Positions 9,520 to 18,559 of a stretch of DNA of 64,000 bases are shown piece after piece. Each line of letters starts with the position of its first letter. The first letter of the stretch is position 1. Source of the stretch: Chthoniobacterales bacterium (GTDB lineage: Bacteria > Verrucomicrobiota > Verrucomicrobiia > Chthoniobacterales > Chthoniobacteraceae); contig JBBQZX010000001.1 of assembly GCA_038207335.1 (NCBI GenBank), positions 288,001-352,000 on the forward strand, given 5' to 3'. The position numbers were made by a program, and so were the translations under genes. The notes beneath the pieces were generated by a model. The model saw nothing but the letters and a program-made list of their open reading frames with translations. It was not told the DNA's origin and did no database searches.

Positions 9520-10281
9520 TTACGGCCGCTTCGCCTTACGCATCTCTTGCGCGCGGATGGCGTCGCGGAGTTCAGCGGCTTTTTCATACGCCTCGGAGGC
9601 AATCGCCTTGTCCATTTCGCGCTGCATTTTCTCGAGTTTCGTCAGCGGCTGCTTCGAGCGGATCTCCTCCAGCCATTCGCCGAGGAAGGTGAGCTCGGGG
9701 CTTTGGCTTTCCATCTCGGCGTTGCCGGAGTCGGTGTAAAATGCGCGCGTCTTTTCCATCCCTTTCTCGATCAGCTTCACCGCCTCGGGGATGTCTTCGC
9801 GCTCGATCGCGATCGTCGCTTTCGCCCGCGTATTCATCATTCGCACGTATGGGGTGAACTGTTCCACGGCCCACGCCGCATCCTCGCTGGCCGAGTGTTT
9901 CGAGACGAATTCGAACATCTCGAGATTGCGGTTTGTGTCGCGGATCACGCCGAGATAGTCGCTGAGCTGAAAGAGCGAGACGTAGCGGTGATAGTATTGG
10001 ATGCCTTCCTGCTGCAACTCGCCGACCTCTTCAGGAGTGAGCGCGAATTCCTCGCCTTTCTTCGCCGCGCGCGCCATGCGCCGCTGGTGAAACTCGAGCA
10101 GCGATTCGCAATTGTGCGGCTCCGTGCCGTCGGGGCGCCCGGTCATTTCCATCTGGATGAGCCCCAGATCAATTCGCAGTTGCAGCTTTTCTTTGCCGTC
10201 GCTGCCGAGGATTTTGCGCACCTTGATCACGCCCGGTTCATGGGCCCAATCGCGCAGCAGATCGTTCAAATCAAGGCTCAT
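9520..10281 (-). CDS. UvrB/UvrC (UVR) motif-containing protein
   Basis: Likely start MSLDLNDLL at 10281; C-terminal LEKMQREMDKAIASEAYEKAAELRDAIR is a UVR motif. The upstream extension in the track is antisense to the next gene. Confidence 0.85.
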   Translation of the reverse strand: MSLDLNDLLRDWAHEPGVIKVRKILGSDGKEKLQLRIDLGLIQMEMTGRPDGTEPHNCESLLEFHQRRMARAAKKGEEFALTPEEVGELQQEGIQYYHRYVSLFQLSDYLGVIRDTNRNLEMFEFVSKHSASEDAAWAVEQFTPYVRMMNTRAKATIAIEREDIPEAVKLIEKGMEKTRAFYTDSGNAEMESQSPELTFLGEWLEEIRSKQPLTKLEKMQREMDKAIASEAYEKAAELRDAIRAQEMRKAKRP

Positions 10282-10419
10282 CTGTGAACTATCGAAATGC
10301 GCCGGAGTGTTGTCAACGGGAGGCCTAAAGTGCGCCGCTGCGATGCGTGAAATTTGCCGGTGATTTGCCTCATGAGGAAAGCCGGCCGGGGAGCGAAGTG
10401 CGAATGATTGAAGCGAGCA

Positions 10420-11580
10420 ATGACCCAATTTTCCACTCCCATCCTCGTCGTCGATGACGATGCGCTGAGTCGCAGTCTGTTGGTTCGTTCTTTGGAAAAG
10501 TCGGGCTTCGTCGCGACTCAGTGCGCGAGCGGAAGCGAGGCGCTCGATCTCGTGAAAAGCGGCGAGTCGATGCTGCTCGTGCTCGACTACTCGATGCCCG
10601 ACCTGACCGGCGCGCAAGTGTGCGAGCGGGTTCGCGGGGATTCCGATCCCGCGATCGCGTCGCTGCCGATCATCCTGCTCACAGCGCACTCGGGCGAGGA
10701 GCATGAGCTGGAATGCCTCGCGGCGGGCGCGGATGACTTCGTGACGAAGCCAGTCAACACCGCGATTTTGAAAGCGCGGATCGAGACGCATCTCCGGCTC
10801 CACGCATTGCGCGCGCAGCTTCGCGAGCAGAATGCGGAACTCGAGCGCGCGCGAGCCATGCACGAACTCGATCTCGATGCCGCGCGGCTTACGCAGCAGG
10901 CGATCCTGCCTTCACGCCCGCCGACGATCGCGGGCTGGCAGCTCGCGTCGCACTTTCAACCGCTCATCCAAGTCGGCGGCGACATGTACGACTGGCTCCG
11001 GCTCGCCGATGGCTCGTGGCTGATCTGGATCGCTGATGCGACGGGGCACGGTGCCGCCGCAGCGCTGCTCACGACTTTCACGAAGCTCGTATTTCGCCAC
11101 GCGGCGGCGGAGGGGAAGACCGCGCGCGAGATTTTGAATGCGGTGAATGCGGACGTCTTTTCTGTGTTCAAAGGCCGCTCGTTTCTGACGGCTGCGTGTC
11201 TCGTGCTGCGGCCAGATTCGGGCGAACTCTGCTTTTCTGGTGCGGGTCATCCGCCTCTGCTGATCGCGCGCGCGGACGGGGAAATCGACTCGGTGATCTC
11301 GCAGGCGCCGCCGATCGGAATCCGCGCGGAGCACGATGGCACCGAGAGTCTGGTGCGCGTTGAGAGAGGCGACACGCTGCTGCTTTACACCGACGGTCTT
11401 TACAGCGTGAAAAGTGGGCACAAAGACCGAATGACGCCCGATGATGTGCATTCATTTTTCCCGCCGAACGCAGCCTCGGCGGCGGAGTTTCTCCAACGCG
11501 CTGTGGACGCGATGACCGCCAGTGCCGGCGGAGAAGCGCTGCCCGACGATCTCGCGGTGATCGCGCTGCGGCGGCTGTAG
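10420..11580 (+). CDS. Response regulator with PP2C/SpoIIE phosphatase output (RsbU-like)
   Basis: REC domain (ILVVDDD, VLDYSMP, DFVTKP) plus VGGDMYD, IADATGHG, LYTDGL, DDLAVI. Confidence 0.92.
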   Translation: MTQFSTPILVVDDDALSRSLLVRSLEKSGFVATQCASGSEALDLVKSGESMLLVLDYSMPDLTGAQVCERVRGDSDPAIASLPIILLTAHSGEEHELECLAAGADDFVTKPVNTAILKARIETHLRLHALRAQLREQNAELERARAMHELDLDAARLTQQAILPSRPPTIAGWQLASHFQPLIQVGGDMYDWLRLADGSWLIWIADATGHGAAAALLTTFTKLVFRHAAAEGKTAREILNAVNADVFSVFKGRSFLTAACLVLRPDSGELCFSGAGHPPLLIARADGEIDSVISQAPPIGIRAEHDGTESLVRVERGDTLLLYTDGLYSVKSGHKDRMTPDDVHSFFPPNAASAAEFLQRAVDAMTASAGGEALPDDLAVIALRRL

Positions 11581-11650
11581 TGCGGGATCAGGTACGACAA
11601 TCCACGTCCTTCCTTTCCATCGCGCAACCCGCCGCATACCGTCCCGCGCC

Positions 11651-12730
11651 ATGTTCCAAAAGCGCTACGCCACGCCGGGCACCGCCCCCGCGACGCTAGA
11701 TCCGCTGCCCGCGGCATGTGCCCGCAAGCCGGTCATTCGTCTCATCGAATACGACCTCACGCATCTCGACGAGCGCGTCATACCGAGCGTCGCGGAACTG
11801 CCCGATTTTCCCGACGACGGACGCGTGCGCTGGGTCGAGATGAACGGCCTCGGCGATGTCGATGAGCTTCGCGCTCTCGGTCATAGATTCGGCCTCCATC
11901 CGCTCGCGCTCGAGGATGCGCTGAATACCGGCCAGCGTCCTAAAATGGAGCCGTACGACGACCACCTTTTCATCGTGGCGCAGATGATCTACCGCGACCC
12001 GGAGCGCAAACTGTGCGGTGAGCAGGTCAGCATGTTTCTCGGAAAAAGCGTGCTCGTCACGATCCAGGAGGAGGATGAAATCGATACGTTCCAGCCCGTT
12101 CGCGAGCGCATCCGCGGCGGGCGCGGCTTCATCCGAAAACTCAAGACCGATTACCTCGCTTACGCACTGCTCGACTCGATCGTCGATCACTGCTTTCCCG
12201 CGCTGGAGGAGCTGGGTGAGTCGATCGAGGACTTGGAAAACGAGCTCATGGACAAGCCCTCGCAGAGCTGCATCCACGTCCTGCACGAGCATCGCCGCAC
12301 GCTCATGCAGCTCCGCCGTTTCGTGTGGCCGGAGCGCGATGTTCTGAGCGCGCTCCTCCACGACGAGACCGGCCTCATCGCGCAGCCGACGAAGATTTTC
12401 ATCCGCGATTGCTACGACCACACGGTGCAGATCATGGATCTCATCGAAAGCTACCGCGACGTCACCGCAGGCTTGCTCGAAATGTATCTATCGAGCGTGA
12501 GCCTGCGCACGAACGAGATCATGCGCGTACTCACAGTCATCTCCTCGATCTTTATCCCGCTCACGTTTGTCGCGGGAGTCTATGGCATGAATTTCGACTA
12601 CGGCGACGGTAGCATGCCGATGAACATGCCGGAACTTCACAAGCCCCACGGCTACATCATCTGCATCGGGATCATGCTCGCCATTACGACTGCGCAGATC
12701 ATTTTTTTCCGGAGGAAAAAGTGGCTCTAG
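11651..12730 (+). CDS. corA: Magnesium/cobalt transporter CorA
   Basis: LHPLALED, QRPK, IFIPLTFVAGVYGMNF (GMN motif), MPEL. Confidence 0.95.
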   Translation: MFQKRYATPGTAPATLDPLPAACARKPVIRLIEYDLTHLDERVIPSVAELPDFPDDGRVRWVEMNGLGDVDELRALGHRFGLHPLALEDALNTGQRPKMEPYDDHLFIVAQMIYRDPERKLCGEQVSMFLGKSVLVTIQEEDEIDTFQPVRERIRGGRGFIRKLKTDYLAYALLDSIVDHCFPALEELGESIEDLENELMDKPSQSCIHVLHEHRRTLMQLRRFVWPERDVLSALLHDETGLIAQPTKIFIRDCYDHTVQIMDLIESYRDVTAGLLEMYLSSVSLRTNEIMRVLTVISSIFIPLTFVAGVYGMNFDYGDGSMPMNMPELHKPHGYIICIGIMLAITTAQIIFFRRKKWL

Positions 12731-12756
12731 TCAGTCTCAGTAAGCGCAAAGATTTC

Positions 12757-13791
12757 TCAGATTTGGGTGTTTGCGTCGCCGAGGATGCGCTCGACAGCAC
12801 GGCGATGCGGGGAAGTGAGAGCGAGGGCTGAGAGGCGCGGGATGGGTTGCCAGCGTTGATTTTCGCCGATCGAGAGCGGATGTGGCTGGACGAAGACGCG
12901 GAGCGTGATGCGGTGGTTCGTGAAGGGGTAGTCGAGTTGGAGAATGGGGAGGCTTTCGGTGGGCGAGGTGACAGCAGCCAGCTTCCACATTCCGCGCCAG
13001 CGGGGGCCCGTCTGCTGCTCGAGGAGGATGCGGTCGCGGGAGACGATCCAGGCGCAATTTTCCTCGAGAGCGATGGTTTTCGCGCGGGGTTTTTTGATTG
13101 GCAGGGACTCTGGATCTGGCGTTTTGCAGCCAGCGCGGATGGGGCAGATTTCGCAGCGCGGCTTGCGCGGGAGGCAGATGAGAGCGCCGAGTTCCATGAG
13201 CGCGGAGGTGTGCTCGCGGGCGTGATTTTCGGGCAAAAGATCGGTGGCGTTCTGCCAGAGACGCGCGCTGCCGGCGGTTGAGTCGATGGGCTCGCGGAGG
13301 TCGGTGAGGCGGGCGAGAACGCGCGCGATATTCGCATCGACGGCGGGGATAGGGAGGTCGAATGCGAAGGCGGCGATGGCACCTGCGGTGTAGCGGCCGA
13401 CGCCCGGGAGGCTTGCGATGATGGCGGGATCGTCGGGCAGTTTGCCGCCGTGCTCGGCGACGATTTGGCGCGCGGCGTGGTGGAGATTGCGGGCGCGGGA
13501 GTAGTAGCCGAGGCCCTGCCATGCGTGGAGGATTTCGTCTTCGCTCGCGGCGGCAAGGGTGGTGAAATCGGGGAAGCGCGCGAGCCAGCGATCGAAGTAC
13601 CCGAGGACGGTGACGACCTGCGTCTGCTGGAGCATGAACTCGGACACCATGATGGCGTAGGGGTCGAGCGTTCGGCGCCAAGGGAGGACGCGTCCATGAG
13701 CGCGGAACCAGCGTGCGAGCGCATCGCGGAGTGCGGCTGGATTTTGAAAGGAGGATTTTGAAGGATGCACTGGCGGGCTTGAGACTCGCAT
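12757..13791 (-). CDS. mutY: A/G-specific adenine glycosylase MutY; start 13791 or 13770
   Basis: LPWR, VSEFMLQQTQV, WQGLGYYSRARNL, LPGVGRYTAGAI (HhH), CxPRKPxCxxCP Fe-S motif. Confidence 0.95.
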   Translation of the reverse strand: MRVSSPPVHPSKSSFQNPAALRDALARWFRAHGRVLPWRRTLDPYAIMVSEFMLQQTQVVTVLGYFDRWLARFPDFTTLAAASEDEILHAWQGLGYYSRARNLHHAARQIVAEHGGKLPDDPAIIASLPGVGRYTAGAIAAFAFDLPIPAVDANIARVLARLTDLREPIDSTAGSARLWQNATDLLPENHAREHTSALMELGALICLPRKPRCEICPIRAGCKTPDPESLPIKKPRAKTIALEENCAWIVSRDRILLEQQTGPRWRGMWKLAAVTSPTESLPILQLDYPFTNHRITLRVFVQPHPLSIGENQRWQPIPRLSALALTSPHRRAVERILGDANTQI

Positions 13792-13800
13792 CGAATCGAT

Positions 13801-14766
13801 ATGGAAACAGCGCCGAAAACCATCCACACGTGCCCGCTCACCGCGGAGCAGGCGCAGAAGCTGCGCGGCATTTTGCTGGCGCGCGGGTGGGAGTTTTCGG
13901 AGCGGCCGTACACGCTCTATTTTGCGCAGGCCGAGAAGCTAACTGCGGCGGTGTACGAGAAGGGGCCGAAGCTTGTGCTGCAGGGGAAGGGGACGGGGGA
14001 GTTTGTGGAATTCACGCTGGAGCCGGAGGTGCTCGGGGCGGTGAGTTCAGATTACGAGGAGGCGCGGGAGCCGGCGATGTTCGAGCCGCATTTCGGGATC
14101 GATGAGAGCGGGAAAGGTGACTTTTTCGGGCCGCTGGTGATCGCGGGGGCATATGTGGATGGGGAGATCGCGCGGCGGTTCGTGGAGGCCGGGATTCAAG
14201 ACAGCAAGCGGATCGGAAGCGATCGGCGCATTCACGAGCTGGCGAAAATGATCCGTGAAACGAAGGGCGCGATCGGCAGCGTGATCGCGATCGGGCCGGA
14301 GAAATACAACGAGCTTTATGCGAAGTTTAAGAATCTGAATCGGCTGCTGGCGTGGGGTCATGCGCGGGTGATCGAGAATCTCGCGGAGGCGCGGCCGGAT
14401 TGCCCGCGGGCGCTGAGCGATCAGTTTGCAAATCCGAAGCTGATCCAGCGCGCACTGCTGGAACGCGGGCGCGGGATCGTGCTGGAGCAGCGGACGAAAG
14501 CCGAGAGCGATGTGGCAGTGGCGGCGGCGTCGATTTTGGCGCGGGAGCGGTTCATCGACTGGCTGAAAAAAGCAGGCGCCGAGTATCGGCGCGAACTGCC
14601 GCGCGGAGCATCGGCAGCGGTAAAGGCGGCGGCGCGTGAATTGGTCGCAGCGCATGGGCCGGAGGTTCTTACGCAAGTCGCGAAAACACATTTCAAAACT
14701 GCCGCTGAGGTCGCACCGCAATATTTTACCAAACCTGCCTTGCCCGGTTCCGATGAGGTTGTTTAA
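13801..14766 (+). CDS. rnhC: Ribonuclease HIII
   Basis: N-terminal TBP-like domain, GIDESGKGDFFGPLV, DSK, DQF, VAAASILAR. Confidence 0.93.
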   Translation: METAPKTIHTCPLTAEQAQKLRGILLARGWEFSERPYTLYFAQAEKLTAAVYEKGPKLVLQGKGTGEFVEFTLEPEVLGAVSSDYEEAREPAMFEPHFGIDESGKGDFFGPLVIAGAYVDGEIARRFVEAGIQDSKRIGSDRRIHELAKMIRETKGAIGSVIAIGPEKYNELYAKFKNLNRLLAWGHARVIENLAEARPDCPRALSDQFANPKLIQRALLERGRGIVLEQRTKAESDVAVAAASILARERFIDWLKKAGAEYRRELPRGASAAVKAAARELVAAHGPEVLTQVAKTHFKTAAEVAPQYFTKPALPGSDEVV

Positions 14767-14775
14767 CTCCACGAC

Positions 14776-15096
14776 ATGGGCACTTTGACGAAACGGGACC
14801 TAGTCTTGCAGATCAGCACCGAAACGGGACTCGTGCAAAATCAAGTCTTCGACGTAATTCAGCGGACGCTGGATCAAATCACGGACGCACTCGCGGAGGG
14901 GCGGAACGTGGAGCTGCGAAATTTTGGGGTGTTCGAGGTGCGGCTAACGAAGCCGCGCGTGGGCCGAAATCCCGCGGTGCCGGGGAGCAGCTTTCCGATC
15001 CCGGCGCGCGCGACGGTGAAGTTCAAATCCGGAAAGATCATGCGGCAGAAAGTGTCGAAACTTTCCGCGGTAATGAAGCGCGTGGCGGCGAAGTAA
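14776..15096 (+). CDS. HU/IHF-family DNA-binding protein
   Basis: LTKRDLV...VELRNFGVFEV...RVGRNP...VKFKSGK. Confidence 0.93.
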   Translation: MGTLTKRDLVLQISTETGLVQNQVFDVIQRTLDQITDALAEGRNVELRNFGVFEVRLTKPRVGRNPAVPGSSFPIPARATVKFKSGKIMRQKVSKLSAVMKRVAAK

Positions 15097-15107
15097 CGAC
15101 GCGGAGA

Positions 15108-15404
15108 TCAGTAGCCGTCCATCTCGTAGAGCCAGAAGGGCTTGCCGGTCTGGTAGTGGATAATATTCGGGCCGGTGACGAAGGTGGTCCAGCCATTCGG
15201 ATAGTGAGTGGACTGCGAGTAGGGCGGGCCGCTCGTGCGCTCGACGGCTTTGATTTTATAGACAGGGCCTATTTTCTCAACGTGGCCCTCGGCAATCCAA
15301 TCGGCGATGCGCTCGCCGCGGTAGTTGGTGACGCTTAATCTCGTGTAGGTCGTCTGGCAACCAGTGAGGATGAGCGCGAGGAGGGAGAACCGGAGGAGTT
15401 GCAC
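15108..15404 (-). CDS. Small hypothetical lipoprotein; probable GTG start at 15404
   Basis: Lipobox LILTGC after a hydrophobic stretch; follows mnmA on the same strand. Confidence 0.65.
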   Translation of the reverse strand: MQLLRFSLLALILTGCQTTYTRLSVTNYRGERIADWIAEGHVEKIGPVYKIKAVERTSGPPYSQSTHYPNGWTTFVTGPNIIHYQTGKPFWLYEMDGY

Positions 15405-15436
15405 GGCGCGGACGATGCCAGTGGGATTTCGCGACC

Positions 15437-16585
15437 TCAAGCGCCGATGAGCGCGGGCTGCGGGTTGGCGGAAACGAGTGAGGCATGGCGCGCGATCCAG
15501 CCGCCACCGAGGACTTCATCGCCACGGTAGCAGACAGCGGCTTGACCAGGAGTGACGGCGCGCTGCGGCACGTCGAATTGCACGCGCGCCTCGCCATTTT
15601 CACCTGGAAAAACGGTCGCCCCGGCACCCGCGTGGCCGTAGCGGATTTTCACCGTGACCTCAAGCGGCTCGGTCGGCTCGGCGTGCCAGGTCGTGTGCGT
15701 CATTTCAAACTCCTCGACGATCAAATCTTCCGCCTCGCCGACGATGACTCTGCTCGTCGCGGGATCGATGTCGATGACGTATCGCGGCGAGGCGCTACCA
15801 CCCGGGAGTCCTTTGCGCTGGCCGATCGTGAAGAGCTCGATGCCATCGTGATCGGCGAGGCGCGCGCCCGATTTATCGAAGATTCCGCCGCGGTGGAATT
15901 CGGCCTCGCCCATGTGGGATTTGAGGAAAGATTTGTAGTCGTTTCCGGGTACGAAACAGATCTCCTGGCTGTCCACTTTATCCGCTGTCTTGAGGCCGAG
16001 CTGTCGGGCGATTGCGCGGATTTCGCTTTTCTCCATCGCGCCGAGCGGGCAAAGCGCGCGCTGGAGTTGCGCCTGACGGAGGCTGAACAAAAAGTAGGAT
16101 TGGTCCTTGCGCGGGTCCTTGCCTTTGCGCAGCACAGCGCGGTCGGCGTGATGCTCGATGATCGCGTAGTGCCCGGTCGCGATGAACTCCGCACCGATGG
16201 CTTTCGCCTTTCCCCACAGGTTACCGAACTTCACCTTTTCGTTGCACATCACGCACGGGTTTGGAGTCCGTCCGGCGCGATATTCCGCGGTAAAATAATC
16301 GATGACGAGCTTCTCGAATTGATCCGCTTCATCGACCACGTAATGCGGGATCCCCAGCGCGTGCGCCACGCTGCGCGCATCCGCGATTGCCTGCGGGCCG
16401 CAGCATTTGTCCTCGGCTCGCGAGATGCAGTCCTGCGGCCAGACTTTCAACGTGACGCCGACGACGTCGTAGCCCTGTTGCTTCAGCAAAAAGGCTGCGA
16501 CGCTGGAATCGACGCCACCGCTCATGCCGACGACCACGCGTGCTCGCGGGGTCGTTGGAGTGAGTGTGGAATCGGAAGCGTTCAC
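15437..16585 (-). CDS. mnmA: tRNA 2-thiouridine(34) synthase MnmA; probable GTG start at 16585
   Basis: VVVGMSGGVDSS, TPNPCVMCN, ATGHY, KDQSYFL, DSQEICF, TIGQRKGL, PGQAAV. Confidence 0.96.
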   Translation of the reverse strand: MNASDSTLTPTTPRARVVVGMSGGVDSSVAAFLLKQQGYDVVGVTLKVWPQDCISRAEDKCCGPQAIADARSVAHALGIPHYVVDEADQFEKLVIDYFTAEYRAGRTPNPCVMCNEKVKFGNLWGKAKAIGAEFIATGHYAIIEHHADRAVLRKGKDPRKDQSYFLFSLRQAQLQRALCPLGAMEKSEIRAIARQLGLKTADKVDSQEICFVPGNDYKSFLKSHMGEAEFHRGGIFDKSGARLADHDGIELFTIGQRKGLPGGSASPRYVIDIDPATSRVIVGEAEDLIVEEFEMTHTTWHAEPTEPLEVTVKIRYGHAGAGATVFPGENGEARVQFDVPQRAVTPGQAAVCYRGDEVLGGGWIARHASLVSANPQPALIGA

Positions 16586-16658
16586 GGCGGCGCGGACATT
16601 CCGCGCGTTCGCCGGAGCGCTCAACCGAAATTTTCGCGTGCCATTCGCACGCTCAAAT

Positions 16659-16835
16659 TTAGCGGCTAACCGTGCCGGCCGCTGAGCCGGTGCCGCCGGT
16701 GCCGCCGCTCGAGCCGCCGTGCGTGAGTGCGGAGCCGTGAGCGTGGGTGCCGCCGACTTGAGCGTCAGCACTGGTGGAGCATGCTGCGAGGCTGAGGCAG
16801 GCGATGGCTGCGAAGAGGAATGTCAGTGTTTTCAT
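16659..16835 (-). CDS. 58-aa Gly/Ser-rich lipoprotein (not in the ORF track)
   Basis: Manual translation MKTLTFLFAAIACLSLAACSTSADAQVGGTHAHGSALTHGGSSGGTGGTGSAAGTVSR*; signal peptide with lipobox LAAC; fills the mnmA-oppA gap. Confidence 0.7.
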   Translation of the reverse strand: MKTLTFLFAAIACLSLAACSTSADAQVGGTHAHGSALTHGGSSGGTGGTGSAAGTVSR

Positions 16836-16969
16836 GTTGCGAAAGATTCGCGCCGTGGGCCAAGCGCGACCGTCTCCGGCAAGTAGGTATTACGAGAAAG
16901 CTAAATGTCATGCGCCGCGCCTTGTCCTTGGACGCCGCGCGGCTTTTGCGACAAAGTGCGTGACCAAAC

Positions 16970-18559
16970 GTGACCCGTCCGCCTCTTTTTCTCGCGCTCC
17001 TCCTCGCCGTCGCGCTCGCCGCTTGCTCCCGTCCGATGGACCGCGCCGATCTCGTCTTCTTGAACGGCGCCGAGCCCGAAAGCATCGACCCCGCGGGCTT
17101 CACCGGACAGTCCGAAGGGCGCATTGCATACGCTCTTTTCGAGGGGCTCGCGGCTTTCGACGAGACCGGCACACCGCGGCCGGGCGTGGCGGAAAAGTGG
17201 GACATCTCGGAAGACGGGCGCGTCTATACTTTTCACCTCCGCAGCGATGCGAAGTGGAGCAACGGCGATCCGGTCACGAGTCACGATTTTCTCGCCTCGT
17301 GGCGGCGGACGCTCGCACCCGAGACTGCGTGCGAGTACGCGTATCAGCTCCACTACATTCGCAATGCGAAGGCCTTCAACGACGGGACGCTGAAGGACTT
17401 CAGCCAGGTCGGCGTGCAGGCTCCTGACCCGAGCACGCTCATCGTCACGCTGGAAAATCCCACGCCTTTCTGGATCGATCTCTGCGCCTTCGCCACACTC
17501 CTTCCCGTCCACATGCCGAGCCTCGAGGCGGCGGAAAAACGCGGGGAATCCTTCACCCGTCCCGGCAACCTCGTGAGCAACGGCGCCTTTGTCCTCAAGG
17601 AATGGCGCATCTTCGACCGCATCCGCGTGGAGAAAAATCCATACTACTGGAACGCCGCCCGTGTCGGCATGAAGACCATCGACATCCTCCCCGCAGCGCA
17701 GCCCATGACCGCGTTCAATTTCTACGCAACCGGCGTCGCGGACATCATGGCCGACAAGGGCCTCGCGCCGACCATGCTCATGGAAAAACTGAAGCTGCGC
17801 CCCGACTACCACGCCGCGCCTTTCCTCGGAAATTACTTCGTCCGCTTCAACTGCACCCGGAAGCCCTTCGACGATCCCCGTGTCCGTCTCGCCTTCAGCC
17901 TCGTCATCGACAAACCTTACCTCTGCGAGAACATCACGCGCGCTGGCGAACTCCCCGCCGACAGCCTCGTCCCGCCCGGCACCGCCGGCTACCAAAGCCC
18001 TCCCGGACTCACCCGCGACCCCGAGCGCGCGCGCAAACTTCTTGCCGAGGCCGGCTTCCCCGGTGGCGCAGGGTTCCCCCTCACCTACTACCTTTACAAA
18101 GGCGGCAGCGACCTCGACGCCAGCATCGCCGTTGAGCTTCAGGCCACCTTCAAACGCGAGCTCGGGGTCTCCATCCAGCTCGCGCAGCAGGAGTGGAAAG
18201 TCTATCTCAATTCCCTCACCACGCTCGACTTCGACATGGCGCGCTCCTCCTGGGTCGGCGACTACAAAGACCCCAACACCTTCATGGACTGCTTCGTCAC
18301 AGACGGCGGCAACAACCGCACCGGCTGGTCCAGCAAAACCTACGACCAGCTCATCGCCGACGCTGCCCGGGAGCTCGATTCCCAGAAGCGCTTCGCCCTC
18401 TTCCGCGAGGCCGAGCACATGCTCATTGTCGATCAGGCGCCCATTGTCCCCCTCTTCTATTACGTCGGCATCCAATTCTACGACGGCTCGCGGCTCGGCG
18501 GAGTTCAGGCAAACCTCATCGACGAGCACCCGCTCAAGAACATGTTCTGGAAGCGATGA
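16970..18559 (+). CDS. oppA: Peptide ABC transporter substrate-binding lipoprotein (OppA family)
   Basis: Lipobox LAAC, EPESIDP, YTFHLRSDAKWSNGDPVT, PFDDPRVRLAF, WVGDY.DP. Confidence 0.9.
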   Translation: MTRPPLFLALLLAVALAACSRPMDRADLVFLNGAEPESIDPAGFTGQSEGRIAYALFEGLAAFDETGTPRPGVAEKWDISEDGRVYTFHLRSDAKWSNGDPVTSHDFLASWRRTLAPETACEYAYQLHYIRNAKAFNDGTLKDFSQVGVQAPDPSTLIVTLENPTPFWIDLCAFATLLPVHMPSLEAAEKRGESFTRPGNLVSNGAFVLKEWRIFDRIRVEKNPYYWNAARVGMKTIDILPAAQPMTAFNFYATGVADIMADKGLAPTMLMEKLKLRPDYHAAPFLGNYFVRFNCTRKPFDDPRVRLAFSLVIDKPYLCENITRAGELPADSLVPPGTAGYQSPPGLTRDPERARKLLAEAGFPGGAGFPLTYYLYKGGSDLDASIAVELQATFKRELGVSIQLAQQEWKVYLNSLTTLDFDMARSSWVGDYKDPNTFMDCFVTDGGNNRTGWSSKTYDQLIADAARELDSQKRFALFREAEHMLIVDQAPIVPLFYYVGIQFYDGSRLGGVQANLIDEHPLKNMFWKR

